A DNA stretch of 62,670 nucleotides from Candidatus Micrarchaeota archaeon (GCA_028866835.1 JAGWHJ010000003.1:1-62670); one strand, 5' to 3'; shown: positions 1 to 13,080, counted from the stretch's first letter. Notes: generated by a model not told the origin, from the sequence alone. A program made the numbers and translations.

Positions 1-37
1 AGAGCCAGCCACTCTAACCAAGCTGAGTTACAGGTCC
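1..37 (-). tRNA. 5' part of a tRNA gene truncated by the window edge; anticodon begins CT, most likely tRNA-Lys(CTT)
   Basis: Minus strand reads GGACCTG TA ACTC AGCTTGGTTA GAGT G GCTGG CT CT...: acceptor 5' strand, D-arm ACTC/GAGT, anticodon 5' stem and start of loop. Third anticodon base lies outside the window. Confidence 0.8.
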
Positions 38-63
38 AGGCAGAATATTATTAGCGAGCTAGT

Positions 64-1389
64 TTATCTTTTTATGCTTTTTACAAAATCAGAGAGCCTT
101 TCGTCCAGAAGGTTGCTTTTCGGCGCAAGTTCATACTTAACCTGGACTATCGGCTTATTAACATTCACCAGCCTCTTCAGGTCTGTAGGGGTAGAAGAAA
201 CGACCACATCGCAATCAGCGGAATTTATGGTGGCTTCAAGATCCTTAATCTGCTTGGGGCTGTACCCCATCGCCGGCAGCTCTACATCAAGTGACCTGTA
301 TTTCTTATAAACATCCTTTATTGTGCCGTACGCGTATTTCTTGGCGTTTACTATCGTTTTCGCCCCGTATTGCCTCGCAGCTACCGTGGCGGCTCCAAAC
401 TTCATGCCGCCGTGCGTTATCGTGGGCCCGTCCTCCACAAGAAGCACGCGGCTGCCCTTTATTATCCTTGGGTTGTCCGCGGTTATTATCGAATCCGCAA
501 GTATTATCCCAGCACCAGGGTTTATGCTCTCCAAGTCTGCCCTGACCCTCTCAATCTCTTCCTTGGTCGCAGAGTTCACCTTGTTTATTATTAATATATC
601 CGCCATCCTGGCGACAGTTTCCCCTGGATAATAGGTAAGCTCGTTGCCGGCCCTGAGGGGGTCGGCTATTGCGATGAACAGATCGGTCTTTATGAAAGGC
701 GCATCGTTGTTTCCCCCGTCCCAGAGTATCACATCGGCTTCCTTCTCTGCTTGCACTAATATCTTACCGTAGTCCACCCCAGCATAAACCACAAAGCCGT
801 TCTTTATGTGCGGCTCATAGTCCTCACGCTCTTCTATCGTGGTCTTGTATTTGTCAAGGTCCGAGAGCTTTGCAAAGCGTTCGACTATCTCGTCTTTCAA
901 GATGCCATAAGGCATGGGGTGCCTTATCACAACCACCTTGAGCCCTGCGTTGCGCAAGAATTTCGATACGTATCTTGCAGTCTGGCTTTTGCCAACGCCC
1001 GTCCTGACCCCGCATACGCTTATAACTGGTTTCGCCGACTTAAGCATTGCTTTATCGGGGGCAATGAGCCAGAAATCGGCCCCCATCGCATTGACCAGGC
1101 TCGCCTTGGTCATGACCTCCTGATAAGGCAGGTCGCTGTAAGCCATAACACAAACGTCAACCTTCTCCTCCTCTATCAGCTTCGGCAATTCGCTTTCATC
1201 ATAGATGGGTATTCCCTTTGGGTACAGCCTGCCGCTTAATTCCTTCGGGTACGGCCTGCCAGAAATGAATGGAATTTGCGCTGCAGTGAAAGCCACGACG
1301 TCGTACTCCTTATTGTTCCTGAATATGGTATTGAAGTTCTGGAAGTCCCTGCCCGCAGCACCAACTATGATAACCCGTTTCCTCGCCAA
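64..1389 (-). CDS. COG2403 P-loop protein (cDPG-synthetase-like family), probable arginine synthetase ArcE
   Basis: 441 aa. Motifs GAAGRDFxNFN, AFTAAQIP, P-loop VRTGVGKSQT, IRHPMPYG, TIEERE, LWDGGNND, VEDGPT, LPAMGY. TTG start. Confidence 0.8.
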   Translation of the reverse strand: MARKRVIIVGAAGRDFQNFNTIFRNNKEYDVVAFTAAQIPFISGRPYPKELSGRLYPKGIPIYDESELPKLIEEEKVDVCVMAYSDLPYQEVMTKASLVNAMGADFWLIAPDKAMLKSAKPVISVCGVRTGVGKSQTARYVSKFLRNAGLKVVVIRHPMPYGILKDEIVERFAKLSDLDKYKTTIEEREDYEPHIKNGFVVYAGVDYGKILVQAEKEADVILWDGGNNDAPFIKTDLFIAIADPLRAGNELTYYPGETVARMADILIINKVNSATKEEIERVRADLESINPGAGIILADSIITADNPRIIKGSRVLLVEDGPTITHGGMKFGAATVAARQYGAKTIVNAKKYAYGTIKDVYKKYRSLDVELPAMGYSPKQIKDLEATINSADCDVVVSSTPTDLKRLVNVNKPIVQVKYELAPKSNLLDERLSDFVKSIKR

Positions 1390-1481
1390 AGATATGCCCG
1401 AAATAAAGGCTCGAAATAAATTAATTAAGCTTTAGAAAGCTTTTAAAGCGGAACCGGGGCGGCACAATTCTGTCGTCGTAA

Positions 1482-3467
<1,986 letters not shown>

Positions 3468-3469
3468 AC

Positions 3470-5878
3470 ATGCAGGAGATAATACCAGTTTCATTGGAGG
3501 GAGAGCTGCAATCCAGCTACATAGACTACGCAATGAGCGTGATCATAAGCCGCGCCATACCTGATGCGAGGGACGGTCTTAAGCCTGTTCAGCGCAGGGT
3601 GCTGTACGCGATGTACAGCATAAAGAACTTCCACGACCAACCGACGAAAAAGAGCGCAAGGGTCGTAGGAGAGGTCATTGGTAAGTTTCACCCCCATGGA
3701 GACACTGCAATATACGACGCCTTGGCGAGGCTCGCGCAAGACTTCTCTATGAACCATCTGCTCGTGGAGGGGCAAGGAAATTTCGGATCGATCGACGGCG
3801 ACCCACCAGCAGCCATGAGATACACCGAGGTCCGGCTGCAGAAACTGTCAGAGCAGATACTTGACGACATAGAGAAGAATACCGTAGACTTTGTGCCAAA
3901 TTTCGATGACACTGAAAAGGAACCAGTGGTGCTCCCTGCTAAAGTGCCGAATCTACTAATCAACGGCGCTACAGGGATAGCCGTAGGCGTGGCAACAAGC
4001 ATACCGCCACACAACCTCGCAGAGATCTGCGATGCAATAATGCTGCGTATAGACAAGAAGGAATCCACAATAGAGGACATGCTCAACGTGATAAAGGGGC
4101 CGGACTTCCCAACCGGAGGCATAGCTGTAATGTCGCAGAATGCCTATAACGGATACAAGTTCGGGAGGGGGCAGCTCACAATAAAGGCTAAGGCCGACAT
4201 AAACGAGGCACAGAAGAAGGTCATCATAAAGGAGATCCCCTACAACGTAAACAAATCAAACCTCATCCAGACTATGGCCGAGCTCGCACGCGACAAGAAG
4301 ATAGTGGGGTTGCGCGACATAAGGGACGAAAGCGACAAGAATGGGATAAGGATAGTCATAGACTATAAGGAGGAGGGCAGCGGGGAGCAGATACTCAACA
4401 TGCTTTACAAGCACACACAGCTGCAGGTGACATTCCCGTTGATAAACCTGGCCATAATCGGGAAGAGCCTAAAGAGTCTCAACATACTGCAGCTAATAGA
4501 CACATTTCTGACTCACAGGCGCGAAGTTGTGCTGAGGAGAAGCAAATACGAGCTCGAGGTTGCAATGGCGAGGCTGCACATCGTGGAAGGACTTCTGATA
4601 GCAATAGAACACATAGACCAGATCATAGCGACAATAAAGGGAAGCTCCGAGGTCGAAGAAGCCAGGAAGAAGCTTATGGAAGGATATTCACTTACAGAGA
4701 AGCAGGCCAACGCGATACTCGACATGAAGCTTAGCCGTCTTACAAGGCTGGAGAACAACTCATTGGCCCAGGAGAAGAAGGAACTTGAAACCAAAGTCGC
4801 GTACTACCAGAAGGTAATACGCACCCCAGAGGAGATAGACCGCATAATAAGGGAGGAGACTGCCGACATAAAGAAGAAGTTCGGGCGCCAAAGAAGGACA
4901 GAAATACTGCACGCTGAGGAAGACGTCATCATAACCGACGAGGATACGATAAGCGACGAGAAGATAACCATAATATTCACCAATTCCGGGTATGTCAAGA
5001 AATTAAGCCTAGCGGCTTACAGGGAGCAGGCCAGAGGGGGCAGAGGGATAATCTCCATAAACCTAAAGGAAGGGGACTACACAAGGCAGATACTAACGTG
5101 CAACAACAAGGACTACCTCATATGCATAACAAACGCCGGGAGGGTCTATTGGCTAAAGGCGTACAACGTGCCTGAGGGCGGCAGATACTCCGAAGGCAAA
5201 GCCATAGTGAATCTCCTCAACATAAAGGACGAGAAGGTGCTTTCGATAATAAACATAAAGGACTTCCAGAATGCGGACATCGTCTTCCTGACCGCAAAAG
5301 GCCTTATAAAGAAGACAAAAGCAATGCTTTTCTCAAAGCCAAGATCGAACGGCGTGCGGGCGATAACCCTTAATCAGGGCGATGAGATAGTCGATGTAAT
5401 AATACAGCGCGCAGAGAAGTACTTCACAATAGCAACGAAGAACGGCAAATCGATAAAGTTCGAGGGCACTGACGTAAGGGAGATAGGCCGTTCGGGAATG
5501 GGAGTAAGGGGGATAAGACTTTCAGGAAACGATGTGGCCGAGAATATAATAGCCACCGGAGACAACGGAAGCCTGCTCACGATAACTGAAAAGGGATACG
5601 GCAAGATCACCGACGTTAACGAGTACAGGCTTCAGGGCAGGGGAGGAGGCGGCGTGAAGAACATAAAGGTCTCAGACAAGACCGGCCCTGTGGCAAAATG
5701 CATCTTCATCAGCAACCAGACAAAGGTGATACTCATCAACTCCCTGGGCGTGAGCATCACCTTCCCGATAAGTATGATAAGGGTTACCGGAAGGGTTGCC
5801 AGCGGCGTGAGGCTCATGAAGCTTGAGGCCGGAGCAAAGGTTGTCGATGCAATACCACTCACCGAAGAGCCCTCCTAG
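3470..5878 (+). CDS. gyrA: DNA gyrase subunit A
   Basis: [29 protein letters not shown] (catalytic Tyr), GyrA-box QARGGRG and beta-pinwheel repeats. ATG 3470 chosen over GTG 3464. Confidence 0.97.
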   Translation: MQEIIPVSLEGELQSSYIDYAMSVIISRAIPDARDGLKPVQRRVLYAMYSIKNFHDQPTKKSARVVGEVIGKFHPHGDTAIYDALARLAQDFSMNHLLVEGQGNFGSIDGDPPAAMRYTEVRLQKLSEQILDDIEKNTVDFVPNFDDTEKEPVVLPAKVPNLLINGATGIAVGVATSIPPHNLAEICDAIMLRIDKKESTIEDMLNVIKGPDFPTGGIAVMSQNAYNGYKFGRGQLTIKAKADINEAQKKVIIKEIPYNVNKSNLIQTMAELARDKKIVGLRDIRDESDKNGIRIVIDYKEEGSGEQILNMLYKHTQLQVTFPLINLAIIGKSLKSLNILQLIDTFLTHRREVVLRRSKYELEVAMARLHIVEGLLIAIEHIDQIIATIKGSSEVEEARKKLMEGYSLTEKQANAILDMKLSRLTRLENNSLAQEKKELETKVAYYQKVIRTPEEIDRIIREETADIKKKFGRQRRTEILHAEEDVIITDEDTISDEKITIIFTNSGYVKKLSLAAYREQARGGRGIISINLKEGDYTRQILTCNNKDYLICITNAGRVYWLKAYNVPEGGRYSEGKAIVNLLNIKDEKVLSIINIKDFQNADIVFLTAKGLIKKTKAMLFSKPRSNGVRAITLNQGDEIVDVIIQRAEKYFTIATKNGKSIKFEGTDVREIGRSGMGVRGIRLSGNDVAENIIATGDNGSLLTITEKGYGKITDVNEYRLQGRGGGGVKNIKVSDKTGPVAKCIFISNQTKVILINSLGVSITFPISMIRVTGRVASGVRLMKLEAGAKVVDAIPLTEEPS

Positions 5879-8646
5879 CCTGCCTTCCAGAACTTCCTAT
5901 TCTTTATGAACACCTTCTGGGCCCTTATGACATCAAGGAAGAACGTCTTGTAGTCCGCCCTTATCAGCTTAAGGATCCGCGCAGCAGTATCAAGCCCTAT
6001 CCCATACGTCTTCAATGCAACCAGTGCCCTGTTGCCGTAAGCCTGTATGAGCGACGCTTCCTTGTGCATGCTGGCATACGTGCGCTGATCTGCAAACAAG
6101 AGCTTCTTGCCTTCCAGCCTCTTCCTTACAACCTTCTCATAATCTACCTCAAAAGTGACTAGCATGCTGCTCTTGCAAACCGGGCAATGGAGTTTTGCCT
6201 CGCTGGCCATCTCGATCTTCTGCGAAAAGACCTGCCCGCAGAAGGTGCACAGGAGCTGCACCTGCATGCCCTCGAACTTGCTCAGCATCTGCGCGATCTC
6301 CTTCTCCCCTACGACCCCCTGTAGAAGCTCTGAATGATGGTATGCGCTCTCAAGTATCTGTGCGGAGAATGGCGATCCCGAGCGCCGCACAATCTTTACC
6401 TTTAGGGTCCCGTTCTCCAAGTCCTCCAGGAACCTGCTTACCCTTGCCATATCAAAGTAATTCTTGTTAAGGTCCCTAAGGACCTCGTCATTCACCACGC
6501 CAGAACTGTAGAAGCTGATGAGGCGGTTCGCCATGCTCCTTGTAACTGTGGCCTCTTTCTCAACGATTCCGAAGACCTTGGCCACCTGCACGAACTTGTA
6601 GCGGTAGAGCTCCGAGCCAGATATTATGCTAAGCTCATTCTTGTACTTGAACCCCGCAAGGGCTTCGAAGATTTGGCTCATGTTCGCGCGCTTGGCAGCG
6701 CCCCCATAATCTATTATTATCGAGTATGGCGTTGCCTTGACGCGCACTACGCTTCCGACTACAGGTATGACAAGCGCGTTTATGACCCTTGCAAGGAACT
6801 CGTTGGCCAGTTTTCCAAGACCAATGTATGCTATCGTATAGTCATCAAGCTCCTCTACGAAAATGGTATCAGAAGACGGCATGAAAAACGCGCGCTGCCT
6901 ATCCATGAATTCCTGAACCGCCTTCAAGGTGGCAGGCTCAGTGAAGGCGCCGGCGTCTCCAATGCCTTTGTCAAAGAGCAGGTAGACCCTCCTGGCCACA
7001 TTATAGGACACCGGTATGTCCTCGCCTTCCCAGTCGGGTATCGCAGCCTCATCCTCCTCCTCGGTAGGCTCAACGTAGACGGTACCTTCATCAACGCTTA
7101 CAACCCTCCAAAGCAGGCCCTTCGTTATGAAGGTCGAGCCTACATCAAGCGAACTGTAAACGAAGCTTTCATCCAGCGAGGCGATGATCCTGTTCTCCAC
7201 GACGGTCCTGACCAGGAGCCTCTTCGTGTCAGGTATGACGCTTATGTTCTCTATGAAGTAGTTCCTTGATCTCCTGCCAAGCGCAAGCTCCTTCCCGTCG
7301 AATTTTACGAGCCCGAGTTCGGCGAGCAGCGATACAATTTCGTTCAGTTTCGATGCCTCCAGTTCCTTGTATGGTGCTGCACGCAGGATTATCCCTGCAA
7401 GGGCATCGATTCCTATCGTTTTGTATTCGAGCACAATGCTGCAAATCTGGTTTGCAAGGACGTCAAGCGCAAGCTTTTCCATGCGATGCTTCTCCAGCTC
7501 CAGTCCCTTCGCTGCCGACAATATCGCCATGGATTCGAGGCACTCCAAGAAGTCGGAGGCGAGTATGCTCCCTTTTGAGATTGCCAGTTCCTTGTGCCCC
7601 GCCCTTCCCACGCGCTGCATCAGCCTTATTACCTGCCTCGGCGATCCATACTGCACCACAACATCTATCTTACCGATGTCTATCCCGAGCTCAAGGGAGC
7701 TTGTCGCCAATAGGCTCTTCACCCTGCCTTCGCGGAAGGCGTTTTCGGTCTCAACGCGCTCAGCCTTGTCTATCGAGCTGTGGTGTATCCCTACAGACCC
7801 GAAGGGGGCGATTTTATCTAAATAGATTAGTTTGTTGCCCAAAGATTCAACAACCTGCCTCGTGTTTGCAAAGACGAGTGTCGCATTGGAATCCCTTATT
7901 ATATCGGCGAGCCTCGATATCCTTGCGAATGCCATGCTATCAAGGTTGAACTTGTCAGTGAACTCCTTGTTCTGGGCCCTTGCCGCAATGGGCATCTCTA
8001 TCTGCACATGAAACTCCTTTGCCTTTCCCGTGTCGATCACCTGGCTGCCCCTCCCTGCAAATAGGAATTTTGAAACCTCACCCACGTCGCCTACTGTAGC
8101 GCTAAGTCCTATTCTCTGGAACTGCCCGCTGAGCTCCTCCAATCTTTCGAGCGCAATCGATAGCTGTGCCCCCCTTTTGTTCGAGTAAAGCTCATGGACC
8201 TCGTCGACTATCACGAACCGCAGATTTCCCAGCGCGCTCCTCAATGCGGGCGACATAAAGAGGTTCTGCAGCGTCTCGGGGGTTGTTATCATGAACATTG
8301 GCGGCCGGAGTGCCTGCTCGCGCCTCTCCTTTTGCGATGTATCACCATGCCTTACGCCCATGCTGACACCCGCACCATCGGCAAGCCAGCCGAGCCTCTT
8401 TATAAGGTCCCTGTTAAGGGCCCTCAGAGGCGTTATATACAGGGCAAGCACGCCCTCCTTCGCGCCACCCTCCAATATCCTCTTGATGACCGGCAGGACC
8501 GACGCCTCTGTCTTGCCGCTGCCTGTTGGAGCTATTATTAGGCAGTTGCCGCCCTTCTCAACTGATGGCAGCGCCAGCCGCTGTATTTCTGTAAATTCAT
8601 TGTACCTGCTGAGGAAGAGGCTGTAGATGTCACTAATAGGAATCAC
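5875..8646 (-). CDS. lhr: Lhr-family SF2 helicase with C-terminal Zn-finger
   Basis: APTGSGKT, TPLRALNRD, DEVH, SAT, SLELGIDIG, QRVGRAGH, IPxWEGE. C-terminal CTFC...CPVC. Confidence 0.9.
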   Translation of the reverse strand: MIPISDIYSLFLSRYNEFTEIQRLALPSVEKGGNCLIIAPTGSGKTEASVLPVIKRILEGGAKEGVLALYITPLRALNRDLIKRLGWLADGAGVSMGVRHGDTSQKERREQALRPPMFMITTPETLQNLFMSPALRSALGNLRFVIVDEVHELYSNKRGAQLSIALERLEELSGQFQRIGLSATVGDVGEVSKFLFAGRGSQVIDTGKAKEFHVQIEMPIAARAQNKEFTDKFNLDSMAFARISRLADIIRDSNATLVFANTRQVVESLGNKLIYLDKIAPFGSVGIHHSSIDKAERVETENAFREGRVKSLLATSSLELGIDIGKIDVVVQYGSPRQVIRLMQRVGRAGHKELAISKGSILASDFLECLESMAILSAAKGLELEKHRMEKLALDVLANQICSIVLEYKTIGIDALAGIILRAAPYKELEASKLNEIVSLLAELGLVKFDGKELALGRRSRNYFIENISVIPDTKRLLVRTVVENRIIASLDESFVYSSLDVGSTFITKGLLWRVVSVDEGTVYVEPTEEEDEAAIPDWEGEDIPVSYNVARRVYLLFDKGIGDAGAFTEPATLKAVQEFMDRQRAFFMPSSDTIFVEELDDYTIAYIGLGKLANEFLARVINALVIPVVGSVVRVKATPYSIIIDYGGAAKRANMSQIFEALAGFKYKNELSIISGSELYRYKFVQVAKVFGIVEKEATVTRSMANRLISFYSSGVVNDEVLRDLNKNYFDMARVSRFLEDLENGTLKVKIVRRSGSPFSAQILESAYHHSELLQGVVGEKEIAQMLSKFEGMQVQLLCTFCGQVFSQKIEMASEAKLHCPVCKSSMLVTFEVDYEKVVRKRLEGKKLLFADQRTYASMHKEASLIQAYGNRALVALKTYGIGLDTAARILKLIRADYKTFFLDVIRAQKVFIKNRKFWKAG

Positions 8647-8668
8647 CTGATGATCTCATAAAAAGGAT

Positions 8669-10321
8669 TCAGCCAAAAGGTATGTAAGCGCTGCCTGGCA
8701 CAGAGGCCGACTGATTCGTCCATGTGTAGTTCAGGGAGAGGTTCAAGTATAAGTTCTCCGCCGTGCCTGTTATCGGCTTGCCAAACGAGGTGCACATAGA
8801 ACTTACGCTATCATTTTGCCCCGGCAGGACCGTGTTGTTCAGATCATGGTAGATCACGTTGCCGTTCCAGGTGCACGATACAGAAGACAGCCTGACGCTC
8901 TTGTTGGTGTTGTTTGCATATACTCTAAAGCTCAACGTCGAATTCGTGAAGGTCGCGTTTGTGCAACCTAGCACAATGCCACCTACACCATACTTGCTGT
9001 TGAAAGAGCATGAATTTGTTATACCCGATATGAACGAGACCGACGGCCCGGTTATGTTGAAGGCATGCAACAGGTGGATGTTTATAGGCACTTCCTGCAA
9101 CAGTGCAGAGTTGTTCTGTATCGAAAGCACGGTAAGGTTGTCGTTGTTCACGTAAGCCGTTGTAGATATGAGCGAGAAATTCCTGTTCTGCGAGTAGTAG
9201 GGGAAGACGTACGTGCTGCAGTATTCCGTGCCGTTTGCCTTATCAAGCAGCCCATAGCAAACATTTGTTCCTGTCTGGTTTGTGGTTATGGTCTTATAGA
9301 TAAGCGCGTTTATCCCTGGGATAGTCAGTATCCCTGCGGTTATCCTGTTCCCTACAAATCCAGTGTTGTTCTCGATGACCTCATCGTAAGGCGCTAATAT
9401 CCTACTTGTAAGCGGGGAGTAGAAGCCCGTAGAGGAATTGGACCTGGTCGCATTTGAGCTGTTGAGCAGCTTCAAGCATGTCGCGCCCCCTCCTGTACCC
9501 AGCAGCTTCAGCCATCCCTTGTCGTACCAGCTGCACAACGTGGTGTAATTACCTAGGTTCATGTATGTAACCGTCTCCGTCCCGACCGATACGTTAGTTG
9601 CGTTCAGTGACTTCCCCAAAGCCCCTGTATAAATTGCGCTAGGGGCTATATACCCCTTGATCCATACGGAATAGACCGAGTAGTTGGCATAAGCGGCGTC
9701 TGCCTCGTCAACGTTTGTTATGTATGGCGCCAGTATGTTCAGTAACGGATACAGGAAGCCCTTCAGGCCGTATACCCTTGCGATGCCGACCTTGTTAAGC
9801 GAGTAGTTGAAATATATGTAAGTGGACGCGACCAGCCCCACACCAGTCATCTGCGTTATGTTGCCCGCCAACATGCCCGATCTCGGGAGCATCGAGTATG
9901 CCATAGGTGCCTGCTGGCTCTGCACATTAAGTACCTCGTTGGCATTGATGCCGCTCCTGTCAACTATGTTGTAAAGCATGCTGGGATCCACAACCGTGTA
10001 TATCCTGTACGTTCCTGCGCTTGTAGGCGTGTAATTCCAGGAGAAGGTATCCTGCTTGCCGGCCGGTATGCTCACCTTGTATATCGTAGTAACGTTTCCA
10101 TTTATGCCAATCCCGATGTCCAGGTTCTCAATAGCACTCGAACCGGTGTTTAATACAGTAACCGGTACGGATATCTTCTCATAAGGATATACGTTATTCG
10201 GCTGCGGCGCACCGAGGGTGACCGTAAGGCTCGTGGCTGGCTGGTAGAAGTACCTTATGTACACAGCTGCGAGTACCACGACCAGAAAGAAAACTATCCA
10301 AACATAAATCTCCTTGTTCAT
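8669..10321 (-). CDS. N-terminally anchored surface glycoprotein with CARDB/Ig-like domain
   Basis: N-terminal TM helix, VTVLNTGS...PAG...WNYTPTSAGTYRIYTVVDP CARDB-like pattern, many N-x-S/T sequons, paired Cys. Confidence 0.7.
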   Translation of the reverse strand: MNKEIYVWIVFFLVVVLAAVYIRYFYQPATSLTVTLGAPQPNNVYPYEKISVPVTVLNTGSSAIENLDIGIGINGNVTTIYKVSIPAGKQDTFSWNYTPTSAGTYRIYTVVDPSMLYNIVDRSGINANEVLNVQSQQAPMAYSMLPRSGMLAGNITQMTGVGLVASTYIYFNYSLNKVGIARVYGLKGFLYPLLNILAPYITNVDEADAAYANYSVYSVWIKGYIAPSAIYTGALGKSLNATNVSVGTETVTYMNLGNYTTLCSWYDKGWLKLLGTGGGATCLKLLNSSNATRSNSSTGFYSPLTSRILAPYDEVIENNTGFVGNRITAGILTIPGINALIYKTITTNQTGTNVCYGLLDKANGTEYCSTYVFPYYSQNRNFSLISTTAYVNNDNLTVLSIQNNSALLQEVPINIHLLHAFNITGPSVSFISGITNSCSFNSKYGVGGIVLGCTNATFTNSTLSFRVYANNTNKSVRLSSVSCTWNGNVIYHDLNNTVLPGQNDSVSSMCTSFGKPITGTAENLYLNLSLNYTWTNQSASVPGSAYIPFG

Positions 10322-10330
10322 GCGGCTTCA

Positions 10331-10798
10331 CTAGATCGCGTTCCTGCTTTTTATGGTCTTTATTACCTCCCCTACCTTCTGCGCTATGCCCTTGTAGTTC
10401 GTTTCGAAAATATATAAAGCCCAAGCATCTATGTCAGCAAGCCCGCTCATGTCATTCCTCCTGAAGTAGAACTTGCCCTGCGTGTTCTCGATGAACCCCA
10501 TCTTCTTCATCCTCAGGAGATGGTATCTTAGCGTCTTCTCGTTTATCTGCTCCCAGTTCGCGTTTATGTACTCCGTAAGCTCCTTCACGTTCGGGTCCGA
10601 GTTCTTCACGAACTGGAAATGTATCAGGGCATCAAGAACGGCAAGCGAGCTAAGCCTCGATTCTCCCGGGTTGAGTATGCCCAGTGACAACGCAAGCCAC
10701 CTTATCGCTGAGCGCCTGGTCTCAAGCACGTCCTTCTGCAGCTTCAGGTTCCTTACAGTGAACTCGTTCTCTATCAGGGAAGCTTCATTAAGTTCCAA
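10331..10798 (-). CDS. Hypothetical protein with C-terminal winged-HTH
   Basis: C-terminal NEKTLRYHLLRMKKMGFIENTQGKFYF is wHTH-like. TTG start at 10798 preferred (ORF track starts at 10867). Confidence 0.65.
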   Translation of the reverse strand: MELNEASLIENEFTVRNLKLQKDVLETRRSAIRWLALSLGILNPGESRLSSLAVLDALIHFQFVKNSDPNVKELTEYINANWEQINEKTLRYHLLRMKKMGFIENTQGKFYFRRNDMSGLADIDAWALYIFETNYKGIAQKVGEVIKTIKSRNAI

Positions 10799-10879
10799 GC
10801 CTATCACTAGCGCAATCATGATATTGAACACATAAAGATATAAGACTATAGAACAATACGATATCATAACGATGATTTT

Positions 10880-11239
10880 ATGGCACAGTCAGCTCCAGGA
10901 GAGAAGGACGCAGAGAAGCTTGTAAAGGATTACCAGACGCTTCAGGACCAACTAAGGGTTTCGGCGCTGCAGCTTGACCAGCTCAGGGTCCAGAAGGCAG
11001 ATCTAGAAAGGGCGAAGGCCGAGATAGAGAAGTCCGAGGGCAAGGTCTACCTGTCGGTAGGCGGAGTTATAGTTGAGACAACCAAGGAAAAAGCGAATTC
11101 TGAGATAGGCGACAGGCTTGCAGTGACTGATGCAAGGACCCAGTCCATCAACAGGCAGTACACAGAGCTGAAGGGCAAGGAGAAGCAGCTGAGCGAGAAG
11201 ATTACGCAGCTCTACAAATCATCTCAGGGGGCTACGTGA
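10880..11239 (+). CDS. pfdB: Prefoldin beta subunit
   Basis: 119 aa coiled coil with central hairpin VYLSVGGVIVE. Typical context upstream of a DHH gene. Confidence 0.9.
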   Translation: MAQSAPGEKDAEKLVKDYQTLQDQLRVSALQLDQLRVQKADLERAKAEIEKSEGKVYLSVGGVIVETTKEKANSEIGDRLAVTDARTQSINRQYTELKGKEKQLSEKITQLYKSSQGAT

Positions 11240-12222
11240 AGAACCTTGACCTGAAAGAACTCGCAAAACTGCTCGAATCATACAGGAACAAGAGAATAGT
11301 CGTCACCACGCACTCAATGGCTGACAGCGATGGCATAGCCTCTGCGCTCATCCTATCCAGGTATCTGCGCGGAGCAACGGTTGTTGCGCCAAAGGTAATA
11401 ACAAGGAATGCCATGAGGATGCTGAAAGCTGCGGGCTACAGCAGGGAGATAAGCACCACAGCTCCATCAAGGGCAGATTTGATAGTGATGGTGGACACGA
11501 ACACGATGAGCTCGCTAGATCACCTTGGCAAGTACGTGAAGCGCAGCAAGGCGCCTAAGCTGGTCATAGACCACCACGTGTACCCTCGTTACGACATCCC
11601 CAACGCGAGCATCTTCGACAGCGAGGATTACAACTCAACGTCCAGCATAATATTCGAGCTGTGCGGCCTGCTCCAAATCCCGCTGGACCGTAAGGATGCC
11701 ATGCTGCTGCTCTATGGGATAATAGCAGATTCCGCGGATCTCCAGAATGCCACCCCGCAGACCTTCGCGCAGCTTTCATCGCTGCTTTCAGTTGCAGGCA
11801 TAAGCTACCAGAAGGTCTATGCATCCATAGCGGAGCATGCCGCCCCGGATGTCAGGTACCTTGCAATAATGGACCTCCTCAACTCCAAGGTAGAACTTGA
11901 AAACGGATACGTGATAATGTACGGCAAGACAAACGGCCATGCAAACGCAATCGCAGAGCGCGCATTGAAGATGGGCGCGGATGCTGCAGTCTTCCTCTCC
12001 GAGAGCGCAAGCGAAGCATCCATCTCCGCAAGGATGCGTGCGCCTTTGGACAAGGAGCTCTCGCTGCACCTGGGCAGGATAATGCAGGACGTGGCGCCGA
12101 TGATAGGCGGCACAGGAGGTGGCCATCCATGCGCCGCAGGCGCCTACGGCCCGGTGAGGGAGCACGCTCCCGATGCACTTGATGCCGCAGTGGAAGGAAT
12201 AAGAAGAGGGATGAAGAGATGA
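11236..12222 (+). CDS. DHH/DHHA1 phosphoesterase
   Basis: HSMADSDG, VMVDT, VIDHH, GIIADS, GGGHPCAAG. Confidence 0.9.
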   Translation: MKNLDLKELAKLLESYRNKRIVVTTHSMADSDGIASALILSRYLRGATVVAPKVITRNAMRMLKAAGYSREISTTAPSRADLIVMVDTNTMSSLDHLGKYVKRSKAPKLVIDHHVYPRYDIPNASIFDSEDYNSTSSIIFELCGLLQIPLDRKDAMLLLYGIIADSADLQNATPQTFAQLSSLLSVAGISYQKVYASIAEHAAPDVRYLAIMDLLNSKVELENGYVIMYGKTNGHANAIAERALKMGADAAVFLSESASEASISARMRAPLDKELSLHLGRIMQDVAPMIGGTGGGHPCAAGAYGPVREHAPDALDAAVEGIRRGMKR

Positions 12223-12743
12223 GATGCTTTGACGTTTCAGAAGGCCAGATAGAGAAAGGGCTGTCCAAGAGGCTCGGGTTCGAGCACATCTTTACGCTTG
12301 GCAGGGACATGGGCATCGGCACGAATCCGGGCGCATCAAGGAATACAAAATTCATAATAAAGAGCAGCGACGACGGCGCAGTTCTTAGGAACATGGGCAT
12401 GCACAACGTGGTCGGCATCATAATGGACCAGAACAAGAGGCAGAGGAGCATAATAGAAAAGCTCGCCTCGAGCGAGAAGCTGCTGTTCATAGTCACTAAA
12501 GGGATAACGAATTCAACCACTTATGCAAGGCTGCGCGAGATACAAAACGCAAGGAAGCTGGTAAGCCTCGCACACATGTACGGTGCAGGGGTCGCCCTTG
12601 TAAGCCTCGCATCGTCCAATGAAGAGCTCGTCTCATCGATGCAGATGTTCGAAATTGCAAAATTCATCGGCCTGAGCGATGCCAATGCAAGGCATGCGGT
12701 CGAAGCTATGGCGGTGCATTATGATAAGAAAAATAAAGAATAG
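12219..12743 (+). CDS. rnp3: RNase P protein Rpp30-like (short, divergent)
   Basis: C-terminal pattern LVSLASSNEELVS...KFIGLS. Adjacent to Pop5. Confidence 0.65.
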   Translation: MRCFDVSEGQIEKGLSKRLGFEHIFTLGRDMGIGTNPGASRNTKFIIKSSDDGAVLRNMGMHNVVGIIMDQNKRQRSIIEKLASSEKLLFIVTKGITNSTTYARLREIQNARKLVSLAHMYGAGVALVSLASSNEELVSSMQMFEIAKFIGLSDANARHAVEAMAVHYDKKNKE

Positions 12744-13080
12744 ATACGTGCTGGTGGAGGCTTCAAGCCCCATAAGGCTGGACAAGCCAGGCATAGACGA
12801 GCTCAGCACAAAGCTCGTATCGGTGCTCGGCGAGCTGTCCTTCTCGTATGCAAATCCAAGGGTAGTCACGCAATACGATGCAAACACGTTCGCCATAAGG
12901 GCTACGAGATCGACCGAGGGCCATGTGATACTCGCACTCGCATTCATAAACGAGTTGGCCGGTTCGAAGGTAAAGTTGTATACACTGCGAACATCAGGAA
13001 CGTTGGCCGCTCTGATGAAATCATACAAGAGGCTCACAGCAACTGCCGATCAGGCCAAATTCATCTCCAATAGCATATAA
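12721..13080 (+). CDS. rnp2: RNase P protein Pop5/Rpp14
   Basis: KNRYVLVE, LGELSFSYANP, TLRTSGTLAAL. Confidence 0.85.
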   Translation: MIRKIKNRYVLVEASSPIRLDKPGIDELSTKLVSVLGELSFSYANPRVVTQYDANTFAIRATRSTEGHVILALAFINELAGSKVKLYTLRTSGTLAALMKSYKRLTATADQAKFISNSI

